NCBI RefSeq assembly: GCF_988242995.1
Contig: NZ_OZ547043.1
Direction: 5' to 3' (one strand)
DNA length: 64,000 nucleotides
Every line of letters starts with the position of its first letter. Position 1 is the stretch's first letter. Both the position numbers and the translations under genes were made by a program. A model generated the notes under the pieces. The model saw only the letters and a list, made by a program, of their open reading frames with translations, was not told the DNA's origin and did not search any database. Shown one piece after another: positions 34,776 through 46,076 of this stretch.

Positions 34776-35915
34776 TTACCAGTTATGAATGTCGCTGGCT
34801 GTATCCGTCATGTAACGGACACCGCTAATAGTTGGCAGCAACTGATTGATCAGACGGTTCCAGCGGGAAACCGGGGCGGTGGTGACATACACCACGTCAT
34901 AAGGTTGCAGGCGGAATTCTGTCGCCATCACCAGCGACGTGGCATCGGACATATCCAGCTGGTAGATATTGGCAATCTTGCCGTTACGCCCGCCCTCGCC
35001 TTTCAGCGGACGAATGACAAAGATGCCGCTGGCGTTGGAGGTGGTCATGTCGATGCCTTCAGCATTGCCCAGGGCTTCGGTCAGGGTCATGCCGCTAAAG
35101 TCCATTTTCAGGGTGCTCTGTTTCTTCACTTCACCCATCACAAATACTTTCAGATCATCATTACGTGGCACGTAGAGAATATCGCCGGGGTAAAGCAGGC
35201 GATTCTGGTTGAGGTCGCCGTTTTGCATCAGCGCCTGCAAAGAAATGCGTTCTTCACGACCATTGTGTGTTAACACCACGTTGCGCCAGTCAGCGGTGTC
35301 GGTCAGGCCACCTGCGGCGTTGATGGCGTCGAGAATAGTCAGTGGCACGTTGGTGATCGCCTGTTGACCGGATTTATTCACCTGACCGGAGATATAGGCC
35401 TTTTGTGAGCGGAAGGCGGCGATATTAACGTCCACCTGCGGGTCAGCGATGTACGTCGCTAAGCGCCCGGTAATATCACTGCGGATTTCAGCGAGCGTTT
35501 TCCCGACTACGTGAACCTTGCCGATATACGGGTAGAACATAGTGCCGTCAGGCTGTACCCAGTTGCCGGTGTCGCTGGAGCTGCGGTACTGACCAGCTGG
35601 CGTGGTGAGTTCCGGGTGATCCCAGACGGTGACATTAAGAACGTCGCCCGGCCCGACGCGATACTGGTAATTCGCGATCTCACTTTCCAGCGTCATATTG
35701 GGGCGCGCTACATTCGGGCGTGGGCGTAATTGGTCAATCAGGCGCGGGGTCAACGGATAAACATTCACCATTTTGTCGAGATCGAAATCAGCGTCCTGCT
35801 GTTTGATGACGTCTTTGCCCATCGTCGACATATTGCTGCCCGGAAGTACTGTGCAACCGCTTATCAAGGTTACTGACACCAATAATGGCATCAATTTCAT
35901 TTTGGATTTCATCAT
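34776..35915 (-). CDS. wza: Outer-membrane polysaccharide export lipoprotein
   Basis: 379 aa; [21 protein letters not shown] lipoprotein signal with lipobox LISGC. Confidence 0.92.
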   Translation of the reverse strand: MMKSKMKLMPLLVSVTLISGCTVLPGSNMSTMGKDVIKQQDADFDLDKMVNVYPLTPRLIDQLRPRPNVARPNMTLESEIANYQYRVGPGDVLNVTVWDHPELTTPAGQYRSSSDTGNWVQPDGTMFYPYIGKVHVVGKTLAEIRSDITGRLATYIADPQVDVNIAAFRSQKAYISGQVNKSGQQAITNVPLTILDAINAAGGLTDTADWRNVVLTHNGREERISLQALMQNGDLNQNRLLYPGDILYVPRNDDLKVFVMGEVKKQSTLKMDFSGMTLTEALGNAEGIDMTTSNASGIFVIRPLKGEGGRNGKIANIYQLDMSDATSLVMATEFRLQPYDVVYVTTAPVSRWNRLINQLLPTISGVRYMTDTASDIHNW

Positions 35916-36093
35916 TGTTTATTTATCACTTTGGCAGAGTAATTATCCTGTGCACTATTAATAGCAATGTCGCCATGCACATTTACCTTGCAGTTAATTG
36001 AATAAAAATTTAACTGGCATCAGTCCTAAAAAAATTGATTTCATCCGCAGGCTATTGACAGAATAATTCAGACTGGTCTTTCAGGCATCCAGA

Positions 36094-36132
36094 CACGCTA
36101 CCGCCCCTGGCTTTTTAGCTACCAATACACTG
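36094..36132 (-). promoter_or_regulatory. JUMPstart element with ops site in the colanic acid operon leader
   Basis: Minus-strand reading is cagtgtattggtagctaaaaagccaggggcGGCGGTAGCGTG; near-identical to the O-antigen JUMPstart at 11554-11592. Confidence 0.8.
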
Positions 36133-36572
36133 ATTTAGCTTAATTTTTCAAACCCTCTCTGCATACAATCGTTGATGAGAAAGGGTTATTGCGGAAATTA
36201 ACTTCCGAATATAAGGTGACATTATGGTAATTGAATATTGGCTCTCCAATAATGCAGGAGGAAGTGTTACAGCTAACGGAATAGCAGGCAAGGTAACAAT
36301 TCGGCAATTGGCTATTTTTAAGAATTATATTAAGTGTCATTCAATATGGTTTTTAGGAGTTTCTTTAGGTTGACAATATTTAATATTGCGTCTCCACATG
36401 CGATATTTCTTAAATATGTTTTATTATTACCACTTTTAATTCAGGGATAATGTGAGGTTATTACCCTCAAATAATATGAGATAAATAGTGCTGCAACATT
36501 GCATTTTTGCCCCGATTTATCCATGATCGAATTGTGACATTTGTCATACAACGAATAGGTTTTGTACTTACT

Positions 36573-38156
36573 ATGGAATGGATTGCCGATCCGTCTATCT
36601 GGGCCGGGTTAATCACGCTGATTGTGATCGAACTGGTCCTCGGCATTGATAACCTGGTCTTTATTGCCATCCTCGCCGAAAAACTACCGCCGAAGCAGCG
36701 CGACCGCGCACGGGTTACCGGGCTGTTGCTGGCGATGTTAATGCGCCTGTTACTGCTGGCGTCAATCTCCTGGCTGGTCACCCTGACGCAACCGCTGTTC
36801 AGCTTCCGCTCGTTTACCTTTAGCGCCCGCGACTTAATCATGCTGTTTGGTGGTTTCTTCCTGTTGTTCAAAGCCACGATGGAGCTGAACGAACGGCTGG
36901 AAGGGAAAGACAGCAATAATCCCACACAACGCAAAGGTGCGAAGTTCTGGGGGGTGGTGACACAAATTGTGGTACTGGACGCCATCTTCTCTCTCGACTC
37001 AGTGATTACCGCCGTCGGGATGGTCGACCATTTACTGGTCATGATGGCCGCCGTGGTTATCGCTATCAGCCTGATGTTGATGGCCAGCAAGCCGTTAACG
37101 CAATTTGTTAACAGTCACCCGACCATCGTTATTCTCTGCTTAAGCTTCCTGTTGATGATTGGCTTTAGCCTGGTGGCAGAAGGTTTCGGCTTCGTCATTC
37201 CGAAAGGCTACCTGTACGCTGCTATTGGTTTCTCGGTGATGATCGAGGCGCTCAATCAGTTGGCTATCTTTAACCGGCGACGTTTTCTTTCCGCTAACCA
37301 GACGCTGCGCCAGCGGACTACCGAAGCGGTAATGCGCCTGCTTAGCGGGCAAAAAGAAGATGCGGAACTGGACGCCGAAACCGCGTCCATGCTGGTGGAT
37401 CATGGTAACCAGCAGATCTTTAATCCGCAGGAACGGCGGATGATTGAGCGGGTACTTAATCTTAACCAGCGTACCGTCAGCAGCATTATGACGTCGCGCC
37501 ACGATATTGAGCATATCGATCTCAACGCGCCGGAAGAAGAAATCCGCCAGTTACTGGAGCGAAACCAGCATACGCGGCTGGTGGTTACCGACGGTGATGA
37601 CGCAGAAGATTTGCTCGGTGTTGTTCACGTTATCGACCTGCTACAACAGTCACTGCGCGGCGAACCGCTCAACCTGCGGGTGTTGATTCGCCAGCCGCTG
37701 GTGTTCCCGGAAACCTTGCCGTTGTTACCTGCCCTGGAGCAGTTCCGTAATGCCCGCACACACTTTGCTTTTGTGGTGGATGAGTTTGGCTCGGTGGAAG
37801 GGATTGTGACATTAAGTGACGTCACTGAAACCATTGCCGGTAACTTACCGAACGAAGTGGAAGAGATCGACGCCCGCCATGATATTCAGAAGAATGCGGA
37901 CGGTTCCTGGACGGCGAATGGTCATATGCCGCTGGAAGATCTGGTGCAATATGTGCCGTTGCCGCTGGATGAAAAACGTGAATATCACACCATTGCCGGG
38001 CTATTGATGGAATATTTGCAACGTATTCCAAAACCTGGCGAAGAAGTTCAGGTGGGGGATTATTTGCTTAAAACGTTGCAGGTGGAAAGCCATCGCGTGC
38101 AGAAGGTGCAGATTATTCCGCTGCGTAAGGATGGCGAGATGGAGTACGAGGTGTGA
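36573..38156 (+). CDS. yegH: TerC-family integral membrane protein with CBS/CorC domains
   Basis: Conserved start [39 protein letters not shown] at the internal Met (ORF track begins at 36507), giving 527 aa. Confidence 0.85.
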   Translation: MEWIADPSIWAGLITLIVIELVLGIDNLVFIAILAEKLPPKQRDRARVTGLLLAMLMRLLLLASISWLVTLTQPLFSFRSFTFSARDLIMLFGGFFLLFKATMELNERLEGKDSNNPTQRKGAKFWGVVTQIVVLDAIFSLDSVITAVGMVDHLLVMMAAVVIAISLMLMASKPLTQFVNSHPTIVILCLSFLLMIGFSLVAEGFGFVIPKGYLYAAIGFSVMIEALNQLAIFNRRRFLSANQTLRQRTTEAVMRLLSGQKEDAELDAETASMLVDHGNQQIFNPQERRMIERVLNLNQRTVSSIMTSRHDIEHIDLNAPEEEIRQLLERNQHTRLVVTDGDDAEDLLGVVHVIDLLQQSLRGEPLNLRVLIRQPLVFPETLPLLPALEQFRNARTHFAFVVDEFGSVEGIVTLSDVTETIAGNLPNEVEEIDARHDIQKNADGSWTANGHMPLEDLVQYVPLPLDEKREYHTIAGLLMEYLQRIPKPGEEVQVGDYLLKTLQVESHRVQKVQIIPLRKDGEMEYEV

Positions 38157-38162
38157 TGGCAT

Positions 38163-38205
38163 GTAGGCCTGATAAGACGCGTAAAGCGTCGCATCAGGCC
38201 TACAG
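38163..38205. repeat. REP palindrome
   Basis: tgtaggcctgataagacgcgtaaagcgtcgcatcaggcctaca, a perfect inverted repeat between the convergent yegH and asmA. Confidence 0.85.
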
Positions 38206-38223
38206 GACAGGTCACCTGGTAAC

Positions 38224-40077
38224 CTACATCTTCTCCAGCAACTTCTTCACATCTTTGCCATTGCGGGAATCTTTATTCCGCTCGGCCCAGTCGTTAAGAC
38301 GGCGTTTTGCTTCATCCTGTAGATGTTTACGCAGTAACTGATCCACTTGCAGGCTGTAATTAAGTTGCTGCCAGTTGCCATAAACCCGCAGCGGTACTGG
38401 CGTTTCTTTGAGGAAATCAATCAGTTTGCTTTCCCCGTTCCAGCCCCCCACGACCCGAATATCAAACTGGGTGTCACAGGTTTGATCTGCCAGATTCAAC
38501 ATGCCTTCCCCTGTCAGCACCAGCACAGGCGATTGACCTTGCATGTCGTTTAACGTCACGACGCCATCCTTCAACGTCAAATCGGTGGTAAAGCGGTCAA
38601 GACGCGTCACGTTATCGAAGTTTTCAGCGGCCTTCACATCACCACCATTACGTTCTACCGCTTGCTGAATCATCTGCTGGAAGTTCATCCCTTCCATGCG
38701 TGTATCAGTCATTTCGACATGTGCCTGCCCTTGCCAGTTGTGGCGGAATGCGTCGGCATCTATGTCAGCACCGGAGAAATCACCAGCCAGTGACATCTTT
38801 CCGGTCAACGAAATCGGATAGTTAAACGCCTTCAGAATGGTGCCAATCTCAACGTTTTCCAGCCGTGGCTGGAAGTTTATCCGCGGATTTATTGATGTCG
38901 CGTCCAACGTGCCCGGCAGTGAAACCTGTCCACCGTTAAGTTTGCCCTGCAGTTGAGTAATTTCCAGCAAACCCGACTTGTTGGTCATTTGCGTGGCAAC
39001 ATCTGTAAAATTCATTCCGCGCCAGCGCACGTTACTGGCCTGCAACAAAATATCAGCCGTAAAGCCTTGCAGTCCCTGATAGGCCGGTTCATCAATACGC
39101 GAAGAAATGACCGGGCGCGGCAACGTTGATTGGCTCTGCCCTTGCTGCGCGGCACCGTTCTCACCGTTCGCTGTTTCATTAAGGGGGATGAGGTTGTCAA
39201 GATTCAGTTGCGGGAATTGCAGTCTCAGCTGCCATTCCGGTTTCTCTGTCAACGTGACCTGTGCTTGCCCGCTCAGCGTACTGTCATTGGCGGTCAAACT
39301 AATTTGGTTAAATGAAAGGCGTTTATGTGACTCCTGCCACTGGACCTGGAAACTCCCCTGCCCCTGAATACCTTGTTTTGGTAAATCTGCACCCTGCAAC
39401 TGCCAGTTAACTTGTTCAATAGCCGCCGTTAAATCATGCGGATAATCAGAAGCATCTACCGTACCGTTAAGGGATATCGTGAGATCGCGCTGATCGCGAT
39501 TAACCCGCCCGGAGAACTCAAATGAACCACGATGTTGGGGATCTTGTTCCATTTGCAGGCGAATATTGCGGATTGTCACCTGCTCGTCATCTTCATGCTG
39601 GAACACCAGCACGCTGTCCGCCACCTTAAGACTGGATATATCAAACGACCATCCGCGATCGTCTGACAGATCCGGCAAGGTATTGTCGCGTGGTGCAACC
39701 GGGGCATCTTCACTGCGTACCGCTTCCGTCTGCGGCGTCAGTTGGATCACTGCCCCTTTTAGCATCACCTGCTTAACGCTCAGTTGATGACTCAGCAGTG
39801 GTAAAAGCGCCACGTCCAGACGCATGTTGTCTGCGCGAACCAGTGGCTGGCTCGCGCCCTGGGCAGTGAGAGACATTCGCCCGGAGAGGATACTAAGCTG
39901 CGGCCAGACGTGCCAACGCAGTGGCCCGTCGAGCTGCAATTGATAACCGCTACGTGCAGCAACTTGCTTGACCATATAGTCGCGGAAATCATTCGGATTC
40001 ACCAGCAACACTAACGCAGATAACCCGGCCACCAGCACGACCAGGAGTATCATCAGCGTCGTCAGAAATCGTCTCAT
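38224..40077 (-). CDS. asmA: Outer-membrane assembly protein AsmA
   Basis: 617 aa; MRRFLTTLMILLVVLVAGLSALVLLVNPNDFRDYMVKQV N-terminal anchor. Confidence 0.9.
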   Translation of the reverse strand: MRRFLTTLMILLVVLVAGLSALVLLVNPNDFRDYMVKQVAARSGYQLQLDGPLRWHVWPQLSILSGRMSLTAQGASQPLVRADNMRLDVALLPLLSHQLSVKQVMLKGAVIQLTPQTEAVRSEDAPVAPRDNTLPDLSDDRGWSFDISSLKVADSVLVFQHEDDEQVTIRNIRLQMEQDPQHRGSFEFSGRVNRDQRDLTISLNGTVDASDYPHDLTAAIEQVNWQLQGADLPKQGIQGQGSFQVQWQESHKRLSFNQISLTANDSTLSGQAQVTLTEKPEWQLRLQFPQLNLDNLIPLNETANGENGAAQQGQSQSTLPRPVISSRIDEPAYQGLQGFTADILLQASNVRWRGMNFTDVATQMTNKSGLLEITQLQGKLNGGQVSLPGTLDATSINPRINFQPRLENVEIGTILKAFNYPISLTGKMSLAGDFSGADIDADAFRHNWQGQAHVEMTDTRMEGMNFQQMIQQAVERNGGDVKAAENFDNVTRLDRFTTDLTLKDGVVTLNDMQGQSPVLVLTGEGMLNLADQTCDTQFDIRVVGGWNGESKLIDFLKETPVPLRVYGNWQQLNYSLQVDQLLRKHLQDEAKRRLNDWAERNKDSRNGKDVKKLLEKM

Positions 40078-40098
40078 GGTATCCTCAATGGGCCTGAA

Positions 40099-40680
40099 TT
40101 AGTCTTTATCGATTCGGCTGGCTACCGCGCCCTGCTGGTTGCGATATTTCGCATCTTCACGGCGGTTGTAAGGTCGCGCCGCCGGGCCGGAAAGCGGCTC
40201 AAAGCTCAGCGCACCAATTAACATGCCCGGACGCAGCGCCAGCGGCAGCTTACCGGAGTTGTAGAACTCCAGCACAATACAGCCAGACCAGCCCGGATCG
40301 ATACGGTGCGCGGTGACGTGCACCATCAGCCCCAGACGCGCCAGTGAGGAACGACCGTCCAGCCATCCCACCAGATCGGCTGGCAGCGTCACCGACTCCA
40401 GCGTCACCGCCAGCGCCAGCTCTCCTGGGTGAAGATAAAACGCCTCGCTTTCATCGAGTACGATCTCATCGCTCATCACGCGGTCAAGCGCGGCGCTCAC
40501 TTCATCTTTGGGACCGCTCAGATCGATAAACGCTGCCGTGTGACCACGGAAGGTACGAAATTTATTGCCCAGGCGCACATCCACCGTCGCGCCATTAATA
40601 CGCTCCACTGGCGGACGTGGGTTGATCGACAAACGGCCTTCATCAAGCCAGGCTTCAATATCTCGGTCACACAGACGCAT
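40099..40680 (-). CDS. dcd: dCTP deaminase
   Basis: 193 aa; [44 protein letters not shown]. Confidence 0.95.
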   Translation of the reverse strand: MRLCDRDIEAWLDEGRLSINPRPPVERINGATVDVRLGNKFRTFRGHTAAFIDLSGPKDEVSAALDRVMSDEIVLDESEAFYLHPGELALAVTLESVTLPADLVGWLDGRSSLARLGLMVHVTAHRIDPGWSGCIVLEFYNSGKLPLALRPGMLIGALSFEPLSGPAARPYNRREDAKYRNQQGAVASRIDKD

Positions 40681-40771
40681 GGCATTTTCTCCTTTCGTGC
40701 ATCACTCCCTTAACGCCAATTACGTCAAGGGCATACCAGGTTATCACTGAACGGTACACAATTTATCAAGC

Positions 40772-41413
40772 TTATTCAAAGAACTGACTTATTTTCGCTT
40801 TCAATATATCGATGGCGATGCGGTTTTTCCCGCCGCGCGGCACGATAATGTCCGCATATTGTTTAGAAGGCTCAATGAATTGCAGGAACATCGGGCGCAC
40901 GGTTTTTTGATATTGCGCCATCACTGAATCCATTGAACGCCCACGCTCGTTAACGTCACGCTTGATGCGGCGCATCAGGCAGATATCCAGCGGGGTATCA
41001 ACGAAAATGGAGAAGTTAAGTTCGTCACGCAAACGCGCATCTGTCAGCAACAAAATGCCTTCGAGAATGATGACCTTCTTCGGCTCAACCGTCACCGTTT
41101 CTTTCATTCGCGTATGTTCAACATAGCTGTAAACCGGCAGGTCAATTGCCGAGCCGCGTTTCAACGCTTGTAAATGCTCAAGCAACAGGCTGTGATCCAT
41201 CGCGCTGGGATGGTCGTAGTTGGTCTTAACGCGTTCTTCCATCGACAGATGGCTTTGATCTTTGTAATAGCAGTCTTCGGGAATTACGCCGATGTGTTCA
41301 TCACCGACTTGCTCACGTAATTCACGATAAAGGGTACTGGCAATAAGACTCTTGCCGGAAGCCGATGCGCCAGCGATACCGATAATGACGCACTGATGAG
41401 ACTGATCAGTCAT
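40772..41413 (-). CDS. udk: Uridine/cytidine kinase
   Basis: Conserved start [26 protein letters not shown] (Walker A) at the internal Met (ORF track extends to 41476), giving 213 aa. Confidence 0.95.
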
Positions 41414-41730
41414 ATATTTAGCGACCTGATTAACCTGGATGTTAGGAAGGGGGCGACGAAGCGCCAAACGCGGCAATTATAGGGATTTCATCCGCCTGAT
41501 ACCAGTCGAATAGCGTTGCCGCGCGCTCAGAGTTAATTGTTGACGAAGAATTCCCGGTGGCAAATTACGTTGATCAGTTTTATACAAGGTAAAAATTGTT
41601 ATACGCAGTTGCGCAAATTATCCGCCTTTACGTCACTTTATGAGCAATTCGCATATAAAATGTAAAACTTTTGTACTAGCATAAACACAGAAACGAATAC
41701 TGGCGACCTGGTCTTGCGGATAAAGCGGTA

Positions 41731-44700
41731 ATGAGCAAACAATCACAGCATGTATTAATTGCCCTGCCCCACCCGCTGCTTCACCTGGTCAGTTTAGGTT
41801 TAGTCTCGTTTATCTTTACCCTTTTCTCGCTTGAGCTTTCGCAGTTTGGCACCCAACTCGCCCCACTGTGGTTCCCGACGTCCATCATGATGGTGGCGTT
41901 TTATCGCCATGCCGGGCGCATGTGGCCGGGGATTGCGCTGAGCTGCTCGCTGGGAAATATCGCCGCATCCATCCTGCTTTTTTCCACCAGCTCGCTGAAC
42001 ATGACCTGGACGACCATCAATATTGTTGAAGCCGTGGTCGGGGCAGTGCTACTACGTAAATTGCTGCCGTGGTATAACCCATTGCAAAATCTGGCTGACT
42101 GGCTGCGTCTGGCACTCGGCAGCGCCATTGTTCCACCTCTGTTGGGGGGTGTTCTGGTTATCCTGCTGACGCCCGGAGACGATCCTCTCAGGGCATTTTT
42201 GATATGGGTACTGTCAGAATCCATCGGCGCACTGGCACTGGTGCCGCTGGGATTGTTATTTAAACCACACTATCTGCTGCGCCATCGCAACCCACGGTTG
42301 CTTTTTGAGTCGCTGCTCACGTTAGCCATCACACTGACGTTAAGCTGGCTTTCGATGCTGTATCTGCCGTGGCCTTTTACTTTCATTATTGTGCTGTTGA
42401 TGTGGAGCGCCGTGCGCCTGCCACGAATGGAAGCCTTTTTGATCTTCCTTACCACGGTGATGATGGTGTCACTGATGATGGCCGCTGATCCCTCCCTGCT
42501 TGCTACGCCGCGTACATACCTGATGAGCCATATGCCGTGGCTACCGTTTTTGCTGATCCTGCTGCCCGCCAACATCATGACCATGGTGATGTATGCCTTT
42601 CGTGCGGAACGCAAACACATTTCCGAAAGCGAAACCCGTTTTCGTAATGCCATGGAATATTCCGCCATCGGCATGGCATTAGTGGGCACCGAGGGACAAT
42701 GGCTGCAATCCAACAAAGCGCTCTGCCAGTTTCTCGGTTACAGTCAGGAAGAACTGCGCGGACTCACCTTTCAGCAACTGACCTGGCCGGAGGATCTCAA
42801 TAAAGATCTGCAACAGGTTGAAAAGCTGATCAGCGGTGAAATAAACACCTATTCAATGGAAAAACGCTACTACAACCGCAATGGCGATGTTGTCTGGGCG
42901 TTGCTTGCCGTCTCACTGGTGCGCCACACGGATGGCACGCCGCTCTATTTTATCGCTCAGATTGAAGACATTAACGAGCTAAAACGCACCGAACAGGTGA
43001 ACCAGCAACTGATGGAGCGCATCACGCTGGCTAACGAAGCGGGCGGGATTGGCATCTGGGAGTGGGAGCTAAAGCCGAATATTTTTAGCTGGGATAAGCG
43101 GATGTTCGAGCTGTATGAAATTCCTCCGCATATCAAACCGAACTGGCAGGTGTGGTACGAGTGCGTGCTGCCGGAAGATCGCCAGCATGCCGAAAAAGTG
43201 ATTCGTGATTCGTTGCAATCACGCTCGCCCTTTAAGCTGGAATTTCGCATTGCCGTGAAAGATGGCATCCGCCATATCCGCGCCCTCGCCAACCGGGTAC
43301 TGAATAAAGAAGGCGAAGTCGAACGTCTGCTCGGCATTAATATGGATATGACCGAGGTTAAACAGCTTAACGAGGCATTGTTTCAGGAAAAAGAGCGCCT
43401 GCACATTACGCTGGATTCCATCGGCGAAGCCGTGGTTTGTATTGATATGGCAATGAAAATTACCTTTATGAATCCGGTGGCGGAGAAGATGAGCGGCTGG
43501 ACGCAGGAAGAAGCGTTAGGTGTTCCACTCCTGACGGTGTTGCATATTACTTTTGGCGACAACGGACCATTAATGGAGAACATTTACAGTGCCGACACCT
43601 CACGTTCCGCGATTGAACAAGATGTGGTGTTGCACTGCCGAAGCGGCGGCAGCTACGACGTGCATTACAGTATTACGCCGTTAAGTACTCTGGACGGCAG
43701 CAATATTGGTTCGGTTCTGGTGATTCAGGACGTCACCGAATCGCGCAAAATGCTGCGCCAGCTGAGCTACAGCGCCTCCCATGATGCACTGACGCATCTC
43801 GCCAATCGCGCCAGTTTTGAGAAGCAACTGCGTATCCTGCTGCAAACGGTAAATAGTACGCACCAGCGACATGCCCTGGTGTTTATCGATCTTGATCGCT
43901 TTAAAGCGGTGAATGACAGCGCCGGGCACGCCGCTGGCGACGCTTTACTGCGCGAACTGGCGTCATTGATGCTGAGTATGCTGCGCTCCAGCGACGTGCT
44001 GGCGCGACTCGGTGGCGATGAATTTGGTCTGCTGCTGCCAGATTGTAATGTCGAAAGTGCGCGTTTTATCGCTACACGCATTATCAGCGCCGTGAATGAC
44101 TATCACTTTATCTGGGAAGGACGTGTACATCGGGTAGGTGCCAGTGCCGGGATTACCTTGATTGATGACAACAATCATCAGGCGGCTGAAGTGATGTCGC
44201 AGGCTGATATCGCCTGTTATGCCTCCAAAAATGGTGGCCGGGGCCGGGTGACGATTTACGAACCGCAGCAAGCTGCCGCACATAGCGAACGGGCGGCGAT
44301 GTCGCTTGATGAACAGTGGCGGATGATTAAAGAGAATCAGTTGATGATGATCGCCCACGGTGTCGCTTCGCCGCGGATCCCGCAAGCGCGTAATTTGTGG
44401 CTGATTTCACTTAAGCTCTGGAGTTGCGAAGGCGAGATTATTGATGAACAAACATTTCGTCGTAGCTTCAGCGATCCGGCACTTAGCCATGCTCTTGACC
44501 GACGGGTATTCCACGATTTTTTCCAGCAGGCCGCCAAAGCGGTTGCCAGTAAAGGTATAAGCATCGCCCTCCCGCTTTCCGTTGCCGGTTTGAGTAGCGC
44601 CACGCTGGTGAATGAACTAATTGAGCAGCTGGAAAATAGCCCTCTACCACCACGGTTATTACATCTGATTATTCCGGCAGACGCGATTTTAGATCACGCA

Positions 44701-45048
44701 GAAAGCGTGCAAAAACTGCGGCTGGCGGGATGTCGGATCGTATTCAGTCAGGTGGGCCGCGATCTGCAAATCTTCAACTCGCTGAAAGCGAATATGGCAG
44801 ATTACCTGCTACTTGATGGTGAGTTATGCGCCAACGTGCAGGGAAATTTGATGGATGAGATGCTGATTACGATCATTCAGGGGCACGCTCAGCGGCTCGG
44901 GATGAAGACCATCGCCGGGCCAGTAGTTTTACCCCTGGTGATGGATACGCTTTCTGGCATCGGCGTCGATCTGATTTATGGCGATGTGATTGCCGATGCC
45001 CAACCGCTGGATTTGCTGGTGAATAGCAGTTATTTCGCGATTAACTGA
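41731..45048 (+). CDS. dgcE: Diguanylate cyclase DgcE: membrane sensor with PAS domains, GGDEF and a degenerate EAL domain
   Basis: 1105 aa; hydrophobic N-terminal domain, an intact GGDEF motif (ARLGGDEFGLLLPD), and no recognisable EAL motif in the C-terminal domain. Confidence 0.9.
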   Translation: MSKQSQHVLIALPHPLLHLVSLGLVSFIFTLFSLELSQFGTQLAPLWFPTSIMMVAFYRHAGRMWPGIALSCSLGNIAASILLFSTSSLNMTWTTINIVEAVVGAVLLRKLLPWYNPLQNLADWLRLALGSAIVPPLLGGVLVILLTPGDDPLRAFLIWVLSESIGALALVPLGLLFKPHYLLRHRNPRLLFESLLTLAITLTLSWLSMLYLPWPFTFIIVLLMWSAVRLPRMEAFLIFLTTVMMVSLMMAADPSLLATPRTYLMSHMPWLPFLLILLPANIMTMVMYAFRAERKHISESETRFRNAMEYSAIGMALVGTEGQWLQSNKALCQFLGYSQEELRGLTFQQLTWPEDLNKDLQQVEKLISGEINTYSMEKRYYNRNGDVVWALLAVSLVRHTDGTPLYFIAQIEDINELKRTEQVNQQLMERITLANEAGGIGIWEWELKPNIFSWDKRMFELYEIPPHIKPNWQVWYECVLPEDRQHAEKVIRDSLQSRSPFKLEFRIAVKDGIRHIRALANRVLNKEGEVERLLGINMDMTEVKQLNEALFQEKERLHITLDSIGEAVVCIDMAMKITFMNPVAEKMSGWTQEEALGVPLLTVLHITFGDNGPLMENIYSADTSRSAIEQDVVLHCRSGGSYDVHYSITPLSTLDGSNIGSVLVIQDVTESRKMLRQLSYSASHDALTHLANRASFEKQLRILLQTVNSTHQRHALVFIDLDRFKAVNDSAGHAAGDALLRELASLMLSMLRSSDVLARLGGDEFGLLLPDCNVESARFIATRIISAVNDYHFIWEGRVHRVGASAGITLIDDNNHQAAEVMSQADIACYASKNGGRGRVTIYEPQQAAAHSERAAMSLDEQWRMIKENQLMMIAHGVASPRIPQARNLWLISLKLWSCEGEIIDEQTFRRSFSDPALSHALDRRVFHDFFQQAAKAVASKGISIALPLSVAGLSSATLVNELIEQLENSPLPPRLLHLIIPADAILDHAESVQKLRLAGCRIVFSQVGRDLQIFNSLKANMADYLLLDGELCANVQGNLMDEMLITIIQGHAQRLGMKTIAGPVVLPLVMDTLSGIGVDLIYGDVIADAQPLDLLVNSSYFAIN

Positions 45049-45064
45049 GGCGTGCTTCCCCATC

Positions 45065-45090
45065 GCCTGATGCGGCGTATCAGGCCTACA
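45065..45090. repeat. REP palindrome
   Basis: gcctgatgcggcgtatcaggcctaca between dgcE and the alkA stop. Confidence 0.6.
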
Positions 45091-45943
45091 ATTCGTCCGT
45101 TCCGTCTGGTTGCCAGCCTTCCGTATACCAGATATGCAACAGCGCATAAGAACGCCAGGGCTTCCAGCGTTCGGCATAACGGCGGATTTGTGCCGGTGTC
45201 ATTCCCGGAAATCGCTGTTTAATCAGATAATCATCCGGCAGGAAAACATCTTTCGCCTGCCAGCCACGTAAGGCGAAATAATTCGCCGTCCAGCGCCCGA
45301 TACCCGGAAAAGTTTGCAGCGTTTTCATCGCTTGCTCTACGTCGCCCGGAATTGTCATTGGTAAGGTGCCCTCCAGCGCCGCATTTGCCAGATTAATCAG
45401 CGCCTCTGCCCGTTTCAACGGCATACCTAACGCTTTTAATGCCTGCGGGTCGGCTGCAGCCAGCCGCTGAGGCGTGGGGAAGCAGACATAATCCGGAAAA
45501 TCATCCAGCCGTTCGCCATAAAGCTGTGCCACTCTGGCGGTCAATTTTGCCGCCATCGCCACGCTCACCAGTTGGCCTAAAATCGCCCGCACGCCCTGCT
45601 CAAAAGCATCAACACTGCCGGGTAAACGCAATCCGGGCCGCGCCGCGCCTAACTTGCCCAACGCACCGTTAACAATCTGCGGGTTACATTGCAGATCAAA
45701 CAGGCGGCTCATTTTCGCCAGACACTCTGCGGCAACAGGTTCTAAACCTGCACTTAAATTTATGTGCAGAGTATGGCGGGCTATATCCGGAATAGCAGTC
45801 ACCACGCCGCGATATTCGCCCACCGCCAGACTACGGGCATAATAATCGTCAGCGACCGTTTCCACACCGTTCACCGCACGGGCGGCGAGAAATCCCAACA
45901 TCCACGACCAGTCATACGGCGGCTGCCAGTTCAGGGTATACAT
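45086..45943 (-). CDS. alkA: 3-methyladenine DNA glycosylase II
   Basis: 285 aa; MYTLNWQPPYDWSWMLGFLAARAV start. Confidence 0.9.
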   Translation of the reverse strand: MYTLNWQPPYDWSWMLGFLAARAVNGVETVADDYYARSLAVGEYRGVVTAIPDIARHTLHINLSAGLEPVAAECLAKMSRLFDLQCNPQIVNGALGKLGAARPGLRLPGSVDAFEQGVRAILGQLVSVAMAAKLTARVAQLYGERLDDFPDYVCFPTPQRLAAADPQALKALGMPLKRAEALINLANAALEGTLPMTIPGDVEQAMKTLQTFPGIGRWTANYFALRGWQAKDVFLPDDYLIKQRFPGMTPAQIRRYAERWKPWRSYALLHIWYTEGWQPDGTDEL

Positions 45944-45990
45944 CGCATCTCCTTGTTAATCCGCTTTCAGCATAAACGTTATTCAGACGT

Positions 45991-46005
45991 TACGCTTTGC
46001 TTTCA
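45991..46005 (-). promoter_or_regulatory. Candidate Ada box in the alkA promoter
   Basis: Minus-strand tgAAAgcAAAGCGta, about 50 bp upstream of the alkA start, resembles the Ada consensus AAAnnAAAGCGCA. Confidence 0.4.
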
Positions 46006-46076
46006 TATTCCGGTTGTCGCGACGGCAACATTTCGCTAAAGTCACGCCCCTTCTTCACCGGCATGGGGATTATTTC

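Noticed and set aside
36140-36340. 66-aa minus-strand ORF in the wza leader
   Set aside because: Sits in the AT-rich promoter/leader upstream of the JUMPstart, with no RBS or conservation signal; treated as non-coding leader.
36467-37090. 207-aa minus-strand ORF
   Set aside because: Overlaps the conserved yegH coding region on the opposite strand; spurious.
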